From a virus (lineage: Duplodnaviria > Caudoviricetes), in IMG/VR virus record IMGVR_UViG_3300027791_000037, positions 1 through 49,652 of that record: a stretch of 49,652 nucleotides of DNA; one strand, 5' to 3'. Positions 40,138 through 48,766 of this stretch are shown here, piece by piece. Under the pieces are notes generated by a model, which worked only from the letters and a program-made list of their open reading frames with translations, was not told where the DNA came from and made no database searches. A program made the position numbers and the translations under genes. Position 1 is the stretch's first letter; each line of letters opens with the position of its first letter.

Positions 40138-41355
40138 ATGGCATATACAATTGTAAAAAGTGATGGGACAGTCTTAACGACCATCGCTGACGGTACTATT
40201 AATACAAGCAGTACCTCATTAGGTCTGCCCGGTAGAAACTACGCGGGGTACGGTCAATCTTTAGATACAAACTTTGTCCATGTAACTGAGAACTTTGCGT
40301 CAAGCACTCCACCTGCACAATCTCTCAGAGGGCAAATCTGGTACGACACATCAACTACAACATTGAAAGTTTGTCCTACAGACGGCGAAACAAATGCATT
40401 AGCATGGTTATCATTAACATCAACAGCATCCGGTGGTAACACAACGTTTGGCTCAGTTAATATTACAGGCAATGCTACAGCAAACAATTTTACAGCAACT
40501 AATGATGTAACAGCAAATAATTTTACAGCAGGTTATTTAACAATCTCTGCTAATGCTACTATTGCAGATGCATCTATTACAACTGCTAACATCGGTACAC
40601 TGCAAACAACAGCGATCACAACAGGTTCAGCAACGACACCCGGTACTTTAACTGGTGTTTGGTCTGTAACAGGTAACACTGGTGCAAATGCTTCTGCTAT
40701 CTTATTAGATACAGGTGGTATTTTTATTAATAACTCTGGTAACTTATATGGTATCAGAACAGACAAATATATGTATGCAAACGGAGATCCAATCTCATTT
40801 GCAGGTACATACAGTAACTCAAACGTAGCCGCTTATCTACCAACATATGGTGGTAACATTTTAACAACACAAACTCAAGCAACAGTATTAACTACTGGAG
40901 CTAATACAACAGCAGGAACAATTACAGGTAACTGGGCATTGTCAACTGGATCACGTTTATCAGCAACATATGCGGATTTGGCTGAACGATTCTCAGCAGA
41001 TGATGTATATACTCCTGGAACAGTTGTAGAATTAGGCGGCGAACATGAAGTCACTGCTGTTAAATATGAGTTAAGTGAAGACGTATTTGGTGTTGTCTCA
41101 GACAACATGGCGTTCTTAATGAACAACGGGGCAGGATCAAATGACACTCACCCTGCAGTTGCAATGACAGGACGTGTACGAGTAAAAACATTAGGAACAG
41201 TACGTAAAGGTCAACGACTAGTAAGTGCTGGTGAAGGACATGCACGTGCCGCTGAAGAAGGTGAAGCAACAGCATTCAACGTAATCGGCAGAGCATTAGA
41301 AGACAAGACAACAACTGACTTTGGCACAGTAGAAGCCATTGTTACTATCAAATAA
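40138..41355 (+). CDS. Short tail fibre/spike with C-terminal intramolecular-chaperone (autocleavage) domain
   Basis: N-terminal GRNYAGYG...ENFA attachment-type motif; Thr/Asn/Gly-rich shaft; C-terminal ADLAERF...PGTVV...GVVS...GRVRVK...KGQRLVS. Confidence 0.7.
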   Translation: MAYTIVKSDGTVLTTIADGTINTSSTSLGLPGRNYAGYGQSLDTNFVHVTENFASSTPPAQSLRGQIWYDTSTTTLKVCPTDGETNALAWLSLTSTASGGNTTFGSVNITGNATANNFTATNDVTANNFTAGYLTISANATIADASITTANIGTLQTTAITTGSATTPGTLTGVWSVTGNTGANASAILLDTGGIFINNSGNLYGIRTDKYMYANGDPISFAGTYSNSNVAAYLPTYGGNILTTQTQATVLTTGANTTAGTITGNWALSTGSRLSATYADLAERFSADDVYTPGTVVELGGEHEVTAVKYELSEDVFGVVSDNMAFLMNNGAGSNDTHPAVAMTGRVRVKTLGTVRKGQRLVSAGEGHARAAEEGEATAFNVIGRALEDKTTTDFGTVEAIVTIK

Positions 41356-41370
41356 TTTAGGGATTATAAC

Positions 41371-42324
41371 ATGAGTTACGCACAAAACGGCTTAATCGAA
41401 GCAACAGACTTTAATAACTTAGTGGGTGCCACAGTAGAAACTGGCGCTAACAAACTAAACACAACTTGGTCAACTGGTGGAACAACTGCTGGATATGGTC
41501 AAAGTGCTGTATCACAAGTAAGTGCTGGAACTACTGTCATAGCAACAGGACAATGGAACTCTCTTGTTACTAACACAGCATCAGCCGCAACACATCAAGG
41601 GTCATCAATTACATCAGTAACTGCACCGACAGCCGGTGGAACGGTTACATATTTGTCTGCTATCCCTACAAACTTAACAACAATTTATAATAATAGAAGA
41701 AACGCCGCATCACAGGGTTCTACTATTGCTGATACAGCAACACGTGCTAGTTCATGGCAGAATGGTCTTACATTCACTCATACTATTACGTTTGCATCAG
41801 GCGACGCCGCAAGGTGGTTCTTCAACTCAGGTGGTCAAATCAAAATGACTGCTTCACACCCATCTGGATCTGGTATTAACTTACTTTTCTCAGACTTAGC
41901 AAGTGACACAGGAACAGTTACTATGTCTGCACCTAACTCAGGTACAATTTCAATTGCATCAACTAACTATTCAGGTATTACTAAAGTCGGTGGCGGTGGT
42001 AACACTCCTACAGTAGATGCAAACAAAGGATACTTTGGATTATCAACATCGAATGCAACAGCATTCACACAGTTAGCAGACTCGGGTCCTTCTGGTTATT
42101 TGTCATCATTCATTAGATATATTGTTAAATCTAATGGTGCTCAACAATCTAACGGAGACACTGGTTCAGTCATTACTATCTACTCAGTTTGGGACGAAAT
42201 TCCTAATGACTTAGTAGCATCTGCTAGTTCTGCTGTGACTTGTACTGTACAATTACCTGAGACTACAAATCTATCTGCATCGTGGGGAACACCTTCGATA
42301 GCTGGCGCAGTATCTGGCTCTTAA
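41371..42324 (+). CDS. Putative virion structural protein (Ser/Thr/Gly-rich)
   Basis: 317 aa, ARWFFNSGGQI motif, composition like neighbouring fibre genes. Confidence 0.55.
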   Translation: MSYAQNGLIEATDFNNLVGATVETGANKLNTTWSTGGTTAGYGQSAVSQVSAGTTVIATGQWNSLVTNTASAATHQGSSITSVTAPTAGGTVTYLSAIPTNLTTIYNNRRNAASQGSTIADTATRASSWQNGLTFTHTITFASGDAARWFFNSGGQIKMTASHPSGSGINLLFSDLASDTGTVTMSAPNSGTISIASTNYSGITKVGGGGNTPTVDANKGYFGLSTSNATAFTQLADSGPSGYLSSFIRYIVKSNGAQQSNGDTGSVITIYSVWDEIPNDLVASASSAVTCTVQLPETTNLSASWGTPSIAGAVSGS

Positions 42325-42327
42325 ATA

Positions 42328-42564
42328 ATGGCTGACACTACAGAGTATAAAGGTATACACTATCCATCATGGCACGGTTCTCCTTTTGATAGGGGAACTG
42401 CTGACTCTTGGTACAGTCGCAAAGCCTCACCTCATTACTATCCAGAAGGAACTGGTAATGGAGAGAAAATTCAACCCCCTCGAATGAATAAGAATGAAGT
42501 AGCCTCATACATAGCTGGTTATGAATTCAATGAAGCCGAGGGCGGCAAAAAAGACTGGCAATAA
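42328..42564 (+). CDS. Small conserved-looking phage hypothetical protein
   Basis: 78 aa, HGSPFDRGTADSWYSR...PHYY...YIAGYEFNE...KDW; starts 3 nt after the previous stop. Confidence 0.65.
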   Translation: MADTTEYKGIHYPSWHGSPFDRGTADSWYSRKASPHYYPEGTGNGEKIQPPRMNKNEVASYIAGYEFNEAEGGKKDWQ

Positions 42565-42608
42565 CTCTCTGTTTTTAAAATTCTTTTATTTTACTCCTTT
42601 AAAAAACG

Positions 42609-42630
42609 TCTAAATACTTGCGGGAGTATT
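42609..42630 (+). promoter_or_regulatory. Late promoter variant TCTAAATA with overlapping SD-containing hairpin
   Basis: TCTAAATA at 42609-42616; AATACTT-GCGG-GAGTATT stem at 42613-42630 covers the GGGAG SD. Confidence 0.5.
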
Positions 42631-42637
42631 ATAATCT

Positions 42638-42943
42638 ATGGATACAAAAACACTTATAAAAGATGCGAAGGCTCGATTTAGTCATAACTCAGCAAAAGCA
42701 TATCTAAAAGAAAAATATAGTAGCAAACTTGTTATTGCAGAACAAGGTGGCTTGTGGAAAGCCGATGCACAAACTATAGGATTTCTCAATTCATTTTCTG
42801 ACGAAACTCTGGTCGTAATTGACACGTTTGACAATCCGGTAAAAGTAGATCGAATAGAACTATTAAAATCTCTTACTAAAACATATAATCAAACAATGAC
42901 TGAGTGGAACAGTGAATGGAAAGAACTAGAAAGAAAAAGATAG
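42638..42943 (+). CDS. Hypothetical protein, first gene of the modification cassette
   Basis: 101 aa, SD present, overlaps the next gene. Confidence 0.65.
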   Translation: MDTKTLIKDAKARFSHNSAKAYLKEKYSSKLVIAEQGGLWKADAQTIGFLNSFSDETLVVIDTFDNPVKVDRIELLKSLTKTYNQTMTEWNSEWKELERKR

Positions 42944-43785
42944 CAAACCGCGGGGTAATTGTATTTGCATTTAATTCAAGCAAATATAACTATGCTGAAA
43001 TGGCTGTTTATACCGCACGAAGAATAGAGTCGTTCTTAGGCTTACCTACAACTTTAGTTACTGATTCAAAATCAGTTAAAACTATAACAGCAGATATTAA
43101 TACGTTTGATTCTATCATCGAAGTCGAACCAGACAAAAGCAATATCAAAGAACAAACAGCATGGATTAATAAAGGTCGATTCCAAGCATATGAACATAGT
43201 CCCTATGAGGAAACGCTTGTACTTGATGTTGACTACCTTGTTAACTCTGATACATTATTAAAAACGTTTGACTTGTCTGACACATTCTGTTGTCATAGTA
43301 ATACACACATGCTCATGCATCCTGAAGCCTCACAAGAGAAGATGAGTGCATACAGTTATGTTACATTGTGGGCTACTGTTATTATGTTTAAGAAATCTAA
43401 TCGTGCAAAACAAATCTTTGAAACATTAGAGATGGTACAAAACAATTATGATCACTACGCAAACATACACAGTTTTGTAGGTGGTGTATATAGAAATGAT
43501 TATGGATTAACAATTGCACTTAAAATTGTTAATGGACACACAGATGTACCGAGTGACTATATACCATGGAGTCTTGTTCATGTTGGTAAGAACACATCAG
43601 TGTATCCGAACGCAGACGATATACAAATACCTTGTAATGGTTCTCAATATGACTTTAACACAGACTTTACAATTATGTTCGATCATTGGAAGAAAAGTAA
43701 AGTGAGAAAAGAATATATGTCTATTAAAGATATGGACTTTCATGTAATGAATAAAGATTTATTTGTGGGGATTATGAATGGATAA
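42916..43785 (+). CDS. Glycosyltransferase-like protein (GT-A fold)
   Basis: RGVIVFA N-terminal strand; SPYEETLVLDVDY (DxD); late HVMNK. Confidence 0.65.
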   Translation: MERTRKKKIANRGVIVFAFNSSKYNYAEMAVYTARRIESFLGLPTTLVTDSKSVKTITADINTFDSIIEVEPDKSNIKEQTAWINKGRFQAYEHSPYEETLVLDVDYLVNSDTLLKTFDLSDTFCCHSNTHMLMHPEASQEKMSAYSYVTLWATVIMFKKSNRAKQIFETLEMVQNNYDHYANIHSFVGGVYRNDYGLTIALKIVNGHTDVPSDYIPWSLVHVGKNTSVYPNADDIQIPCNGSQYDFNTDFTIMFDHWKKSKVRKEYMSIKDMDFHVMNKDLFVGIMNG

Positions 43786-44575
43786 GGGATTTGTTATTAT
43801 AGCACAGAATACTGACCTTGTCAACTATGTCCAATGTGCAGAACAATTAGCAGAGTCTATTATGAGAGTAATGCCAGATGCTAAAGTATCTTTGATCTCT
43901 GATGATAAGACAAAGTGTAAAGCATTTCATAGAGTGATTAAACTTCCGCACGGTGATCAAGCACCAGACTCAGATTGGAAACTTATCAATGATTGGCAAG
44001 TATATGAAGCCAGTCCTTATGAGTATACAATCAAGTTAGAAGCAGACATGTATCTACCCGCATCAATCGATTATTGGTGGGATATACTAAGAGAAAAAGA
44101 CTTAGTTGTATCAACATCAGTACGTGACTTCAAGCAAAATATATCGCATGTACGCACCTATCGTAGGTTTATAGACGATAACGAACTGCCTGACACATAT
44201 AATGCTATTACTTACTTTAAGAAGTCAGAAACAGCAAAAAAATTCTTTGACATCGTAAGACATGTCTTTGAAAACTGGAGTGAGTTCAGAGACACACTTC
44301 AATGTAATCCAGACGAGCCGGCTACAACGGACTGGATTTATGCTTATGCATGTCATGTCGTAGGAGTAGAGAATTCCACTCTCCCAACTTTTAACGACAT
44401 GTCTATGATACACATGAAGCAATTTATAAATGGTATGCCATCAGAAAAATGGACTGATACATTAGTGTATGAGATTAATCAAAATACATTAAGAGTGAAT
44501 ACAATCCCACAGAAGTATCCGTTTCACTATCATATCAAGTCATTTTCTGCTAAACTAGAGGAGTCTTTTAAGTGA
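43778..44575 (+). CDS. Glycosyltransferase-like protein, paralogue of the upstream gene
   Basis: KGFVIIA; SPYEYTIKLEADM (ExD in the DxD position); IHMK; FHYHIK. Confidence 0.6.
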   Translation: MDKGFVIIAQNTDLVNYVQCAEQLAESIMRVMPDAKVSLISDDKTKCKAFHRVIKLPHGDQAPDSDWKLINDWQVYEASPYEYTIKLEADMYLPASIDYWWDILREKDLVVSTSVRDFKQNISHVRTYRRFIDDNELPDTYNAITYFKKSETAKKFFDIVRHVFENWSEFRDTLQCNPDEPATTDWIYAYACHVVGVENSTLPTFNDMSMIHMKQFINGMPSEKWTDTLVYEINQNTLRVNTIPQKYPFHYHIKSFSAKLEESFK

Positions 44576-44955
44576 GTTCAGAAAATAACAGACCGACTGA
44601 TAACGATGAGGACTATATTACTGTTTGGGAAGCACCCAAAATAGAGGCTCCGGAGTTTAGATTATATTATAATAAAGACGGATCGGTAGAGTGCTATACA
44701 TGTGATAAACATGAAGGCACTTACATAATCATCGACGCCGGCCAGTTTGCAGAAGCCAGACCTGACATCAAAGTGATCGATGGACGTATTAATCGTAACA
44801 GACCTAATGCAGTTGTACAAAAATATAAGCCTAGTACATCAGGTATCCTGACTTCTGTAGATGACATAAGTATACTTATAGATATGAATAAATTTAAATC
44901 AAAAGATGCTAAGAGAGTTCAGCATTGGGAGTTACAAACACATGAAATCGGATAA
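44572..44955 (+). CDS. Hypothetical protein
   Basis: GTG start with GTGA/TAAG-type overlap and GAGGAG SD upstream; 127 aa. Confidence 0.65.
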   Translation: MSSENNRPTDNDEDYITVWEAPKIEAPEFRLYYNKDGSVECYTCDKHEGTYIIIDAGQFAEARPDIKVIDGRINRNRPNAVVQKYKPSTSGILTSVDDISILIDMNKFKSKDAKRVQHWELQTHEIG

Positions 44956-45136
44956 AGAAGAAGTCATATCTAGTATGACTGACGTAGATGATATATCATC
45001 TAAATGGAAACCAAGTGAAGGCATTAACTGGGATTTGATTCAACGTATGAGATTTATGAATGCTGATGCAGAAATAGCACCTGACGATAATATCACTGAA
45101 GAAGCCTTAAATAAAACAAAAAAAGGAAAAGGATGA
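44942..45136 (+). CDS. Small acidic hypothetical protein (64 aa)
   Basis: Start moved from 44906 to ATG 44942 (GGGAG at 44927-44931); ATGA overlap with the next gene. Confidence 0.55.
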   Translation: MKSDKEEVISSMTDVDDISSKWKPSEGINWDLIQRMRFMNADAEIAPDDNITEEALNKTKKGKG

Positions 45137-46077
45137 GTAACATTGTTGACGTTGCAGATTTAGATGTTATCTATCTAAGTTACGATGAACCACAGAAAGA
45201 AGAATTCTGGGTAGAGATTAAAAACATGGTGCCTTGGGCACAACGTGTTGACGGCGTATTGGGCTCAGATGAAGCACACAAAGCCGCAGGTGAATTAAGT
45301 GAGACTGAACGATTTATTCTTATCGATGGTGACACGTTGCCTGAAGAAGACTTCTTTAATATTCAATTAGATTTTACAGACAAAGACCCAAGATATCAAC
45401 AAGCACAGTTTAGATGGAAGTCTATCAATAACGTTAATGGCTTACGTTATGGTAATGGAGGTATGAGTTCATGGACGAAAACATACGTAAAGAACATGAC
45501 TACACACGAACATACTGACGGCTCTGAAGCAACTCAAGTTGACTTTATGATGAATTCAGCAGATTCATTATACTGGGCAATGTATGATTGCTATTCAACT
45601 ACTTACCCTAACAAGTCAGCATTCCAAGCATGGAGAGCAGGCTTTAGAGAAGGTGTTAAGATGGTGCTAGACCGCGGTGCGTTAGTAACTGTAGACGAGT
45701 TCAAAATTAAAGTTGCAGATAAGAATTTAAACAATTTAACTATCTGGCAAAACGTAGGCTTAGACGCAGAGAACGGTGACTGGGCAATCTACGGAGCAAG
45801 ACTCGGAACATACATGACAATGTTAACAGACTTTGAACATACAGACATTCAATGGTTTGATAACTATCCTGCTATGTGGGAACAATACATGAATAGTGAT
45901 CCAGTCGAATCAGCAAAAGAAATAGGGGAAGAATTAAAAGCAAAGTTGGGACTACCAATGAACATGCTTGATGCTGATCAATCTAAATTCTTTAAGAGGC
46001 ATTACAATGCAGACAAAAGAAACTTAGGTCCCTTAGTTACAGAAATGGAGATTATCAGAGAAATTGAAGGCTGGTAA
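45133..46077 (+). CDS. Glycosyltransferase family 2-like protein
   Basis: DVIYLSYDEP...AHKAA...FILIDGD (DxD)...YGNGG...AWRAGFREGVKM. Confidence 0.6.
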   Translation: MSNIVDVADLDVIYLSYDEPQKEEFWVEIKNMVPWAQRVDGVLGSDEAHKAAGELSETERFILIDGDTLPEEDFFNIQLDFTDKDPRYQQAQFRWKSINNVNGLRYGNGGMSSWTKTYVKNMTTHEHTDGSEATQVDFMMNSADSLYWAMYDCYSTTYPNKSAFQAWRAGFREGVKMVLDRGALVTVDEFKIKVADKNLNNLTIWQNVGLDAENGDWAIYGARLGTYMTMLTDFEHTDIQWFDNYPAMWEQYMNSDPVESAKEIGEELKAKLGLPMNMLDADQSKFFKRHYNADKRNLGPLVTEMEIIREIEGW

Positions 46078-47477
46078 TGTCAAAAGAAACCGATAGAATA
46101 AGAACAATACAAATTAGAGTCGAAGAAGAAGCGACCCCTTCTTTCTGTCTGGCTAAATGGCAACACGTTACTATGTACTTGCAAACAGGTGAGACACATA
46201 GTTGTTATCATCCTCAACCACATAAGATTCCATTGCATGAATTAAAAGATAACCCAAGTGCGTTACATAATACATGGCAAAAGAAAATGGAACGTAAACA
46301 AATGCTTGAAGGTGAAAGGCCTGAAGGCTGTCAGTACTGCTGGAACGTTGAAGACTTAGGCAAAGACAATATATCAGATAGACACATACGTAATTCATCT
46401 ATCTTTACTGAAGAACGATTCGATCAAGCACTCAACGGCCCTTGGGATCAAAACATTAATCCAGAATACTTAGAGATTAACTTCGGCAACGAGTGTAACT
46501 TTAAATGCGGTTACTGTCATCCAAAGTATTCATCAAGTTATCATGCTGAGATAAAACAATTCGGTCCAATTGAAACTGTGAAGAATCACAGAAACGATGT
46601 TGATTGGATGAAGTTGTTTGAACGTGAAGAAGAAAACCCTTACGTTGATGCGTTCTGGGAATGGTGGCCTGAGATGAACAAAGACTTAAACATCTTACGT
46701 GTAACAGGTGGCGAACCAACAATGCACACATCAACATGGAAACTACTTAAGAAGATTGATGAAGAACCTATGCCTTGGTTAGAACTTAATATCAATAGTA
46801 ACTTGGGTACAAAGAATGCATTAGTAAAACGACTAAGTAGTTCAGTAAAGAAATTATGCGATGAAAACAAACTAGAAAGTTTTAAAATGTTTACTAGTTT
46901 AGACTGCTGGGGAGAACGAGCAGAGTACATTAGAACTGGATTAGACTTAGAACTGTTTCAAAAGAACTTACATACATATCTAACAGAGACAGACTCTCCT
47001 GTTACATTTATGTGTACATTTAATCTATTAGCAGTAACAGACTTTAAAAGTTTATTAGAAAAGTTTTTAGAGTGGCGTGCAATCTACGGATGGTACGATT
47101 GGAAAACAGAAGACAAACATAGAGTACGTTTTGATACTCCGTATTTAAGAGATCCAATTATGTATGACATGAACATTCTACCGAAAGAAGAATTCATGCC
47201 TTACATGCATGAGTCATTAAAGTTTTTAAAAGATAATGTAGATGATGAACGTAGTGACAGATTTACTACAATTGAATATGAAAAGTTTAAACGTGTGGTT
47301 GACTATATGGAAAACACACATTATGACGAAGACAAATTGATAGAGGGTAGAAGAGACTTCTACAACTTCTTTAACGAAATAGATGATCGTAGAGAAACTG
47401 ATATACTAAGTGTGTATCCTGAATTACTAGATTTTTATAAATTATGCCAACAGACAAGTCTAACAAATCCGCTGTAG
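46077..47477 (+). CDS. Radical SAM protein with N-terminal Twitch-like Cys domain
   Basis: FCLAKW...SCYH...CQYCW, then CNFKCGYC and TGGEP. Confidence 0.88.
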   Translation: MSKETDRIRTIQIRVEEEATPSFCLAKWQHVTMYLQTGETHSCYHPQPHKIPLHELKDNPSALHNTWQKKMERKQMLEGERPEGCQYCWNVEDLGKDNISDRHIRNSSIFTEERFDQALNGPWDQNINPEYLEINFGNECNFKCGYCHPKYSSSYHAEIKQFGPIETVKNHRNDVDWMKLFEREEENPYVDAFWEWWPEMNKDLNILRVTGGEPTMHTSTWKLLKKIDEEPMPWLELNINSNLGTKNALVKRLSSSVKKLCDENKLESFKMFTSLDCWGERAEYIRTGLDLELFQKNLHTYLTETDSPVTFMCTFNLLAVTDFKSLLEKFLEWRAIYGWYDWKTEDKHRVRFDTPYLRDPIMYDMNILPKEEFMPYMHESLKFLKDNVDDERSDRFTTIEYEKFKRVVDYMENTHYDEDKLIEGRRDFYNFFNEIDDRRETDILSVYPELLDFYKLCQQTSLTNPL

Positions 47478-48766
47478 ATAAACAGCAGGCAGCATTTCTA
47501 AAAGATTTGCTGTTAAAAAGATCAGATACATTCTGTATGATACCTTGGGTGCATTTACATACCACACCTACTGGCCAAGGAGCTCCATGTTGTATTGGAC
47601 ATTCATGTGCAGACAACGAAGGTGTTGGTAACTCTAATAGAAGTAGTCTTGCCGATCTTGTTAACTCTCCGAAGATGAAGAAGTTACGTTTAGACATGAT
47701 TAAAGGTACAAAGAATAGAGAATGTTCTAACTGTCATAAACATGATGATCAGGGTGTACCAAGTTTTAGAACACAGAGTAACATAGCATGGGAAAAACAT
47801 TTTAATGATGTTATAGAAACTACAGATATGAATACAGGAAGAATAATAAACTTTCGTATGAGATACTTTGACATTCGTTTCTCAAATATTTGTAATTTTA
47901 AATGTCGTACATGCGGCAGTGCATTCAGTTCTAAATGGGAACAAGAAGATTTAGAATCACGTGAACAAACAGGCTTACCCATGTATGCAATGGAGATCGA
48001 AAAAGGTAATAGAGAAGAATTTATTATAGAAGTATTAAAACAAGTACCAAACTTTGAGATTGCATACTTTGCAGGTGGAGAGCCATTGATCACAGAAGAA
48101 CATTACATGTTGATTGATGAGATGATTGCTAAAAATAAAACTGATATACAGTTGAGATACAATTCAAACATTTCTAATTTTAAATATAAGAAACGTGATA
48201 TCTTTAAACTATGGCATCACTTTAGTAAACCGATAGAAGTTTATGCATCAATCGATCACATGGGTGATAAAGCAGAGTACATTAGATCAGGAACTAAGTG
48301 GAAAACAATTGAGACAAATTTAAAGAAACTAAAGAAAGCACGAAATGTAGGCTTTCAGGTTAACACTGTTTACAGTATATTTAATGCATTGACTATCTCA
48401 CATTTTTACAAGTACATGATAGACAATCATTTCTATACCCCTAACAGTCCCGTATGGACTCTCTACAACATGGGTTCGCCCGAACACTTGTCTGTGCATG
48501 TCTTACCAGAAGATTACAAAGTACAAGCACTAGAGCAGTTACACTTGACTATAAAATATATGTCAGACTTAGGCTTTAAGAAAACTCATATACATCAGAT
48601 AGAAATGTGTATACCATGGCTTAATTCTAAACATACATGGCATGAAAATCAACTAGAGTTTAAAGAAGAAATAAAAAGAATTGATACTTTAAGGGGCGAA
48701 GACTTTATGGTCACGTTCCCAGAGTTAGGAGCATTATATAAAGTACCAAAGAGTTTACGACCATGA
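47444..48766 (+). CDS. Radical SAM protein with N-terminal Twitch/SPASM-like domain
   Basis: FCMIPW...PCC...CSNC, then CNFKCRTC and AGGEP. Confidence 0.88.
   Translation: MPTDKSNKSAVDKQQAAFLKDLLLKRSDTFCMIPWVHLHTTPTGQGAPCCIGHSCADNEGVGNSNRSSLADLVNSPKMKKLRLDMIKGTKNRECSNCHKHDDQGVPSFRTQSNIAWEKHFNDVIETTDMNTGRIINFRMRYFDIRFSNICNFKCRTCGSAFSSKWEQEDLESREQTGLPMYAMEIEKGNREEFIIEVLKQVPNFEIAYFAGGEPLITEEHYMLIDEMIAKNKTDIQLRYNSNISNFKYKKRDIFKLWHHFSKPIEVYASIDHMGDKAEYIRSGTKWKTIETNLKKLKKARNVGFQVNTVYSIFNALTISHFYKYMIDNHFYTPNSPVWTLYNMGSPEHLSVHVLPEDYKVQALEQLHLTIKYMSDLGFKKTHIHQIEMCIPWLNSKHTWHENQLEFKEEIKRIDTLRGEDFMVTFPELGALYKVPKSLRP

Noticed and set aside
20071-41355. Diversity-generating retroelement, intein or invertible fibre cassette
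   Set aside because: I saw no reverse transcriptase, recombinase, near-identical template/variable repeats or intein termini. The repeats are divergent at the DNA level.
42571-42607. Imperfect inverted repeat GTTTTTAAA...TTTAAAAAAC as a terminator
   Set aside because: The stem is almost all A/T with a long loop, too weak to support the call.
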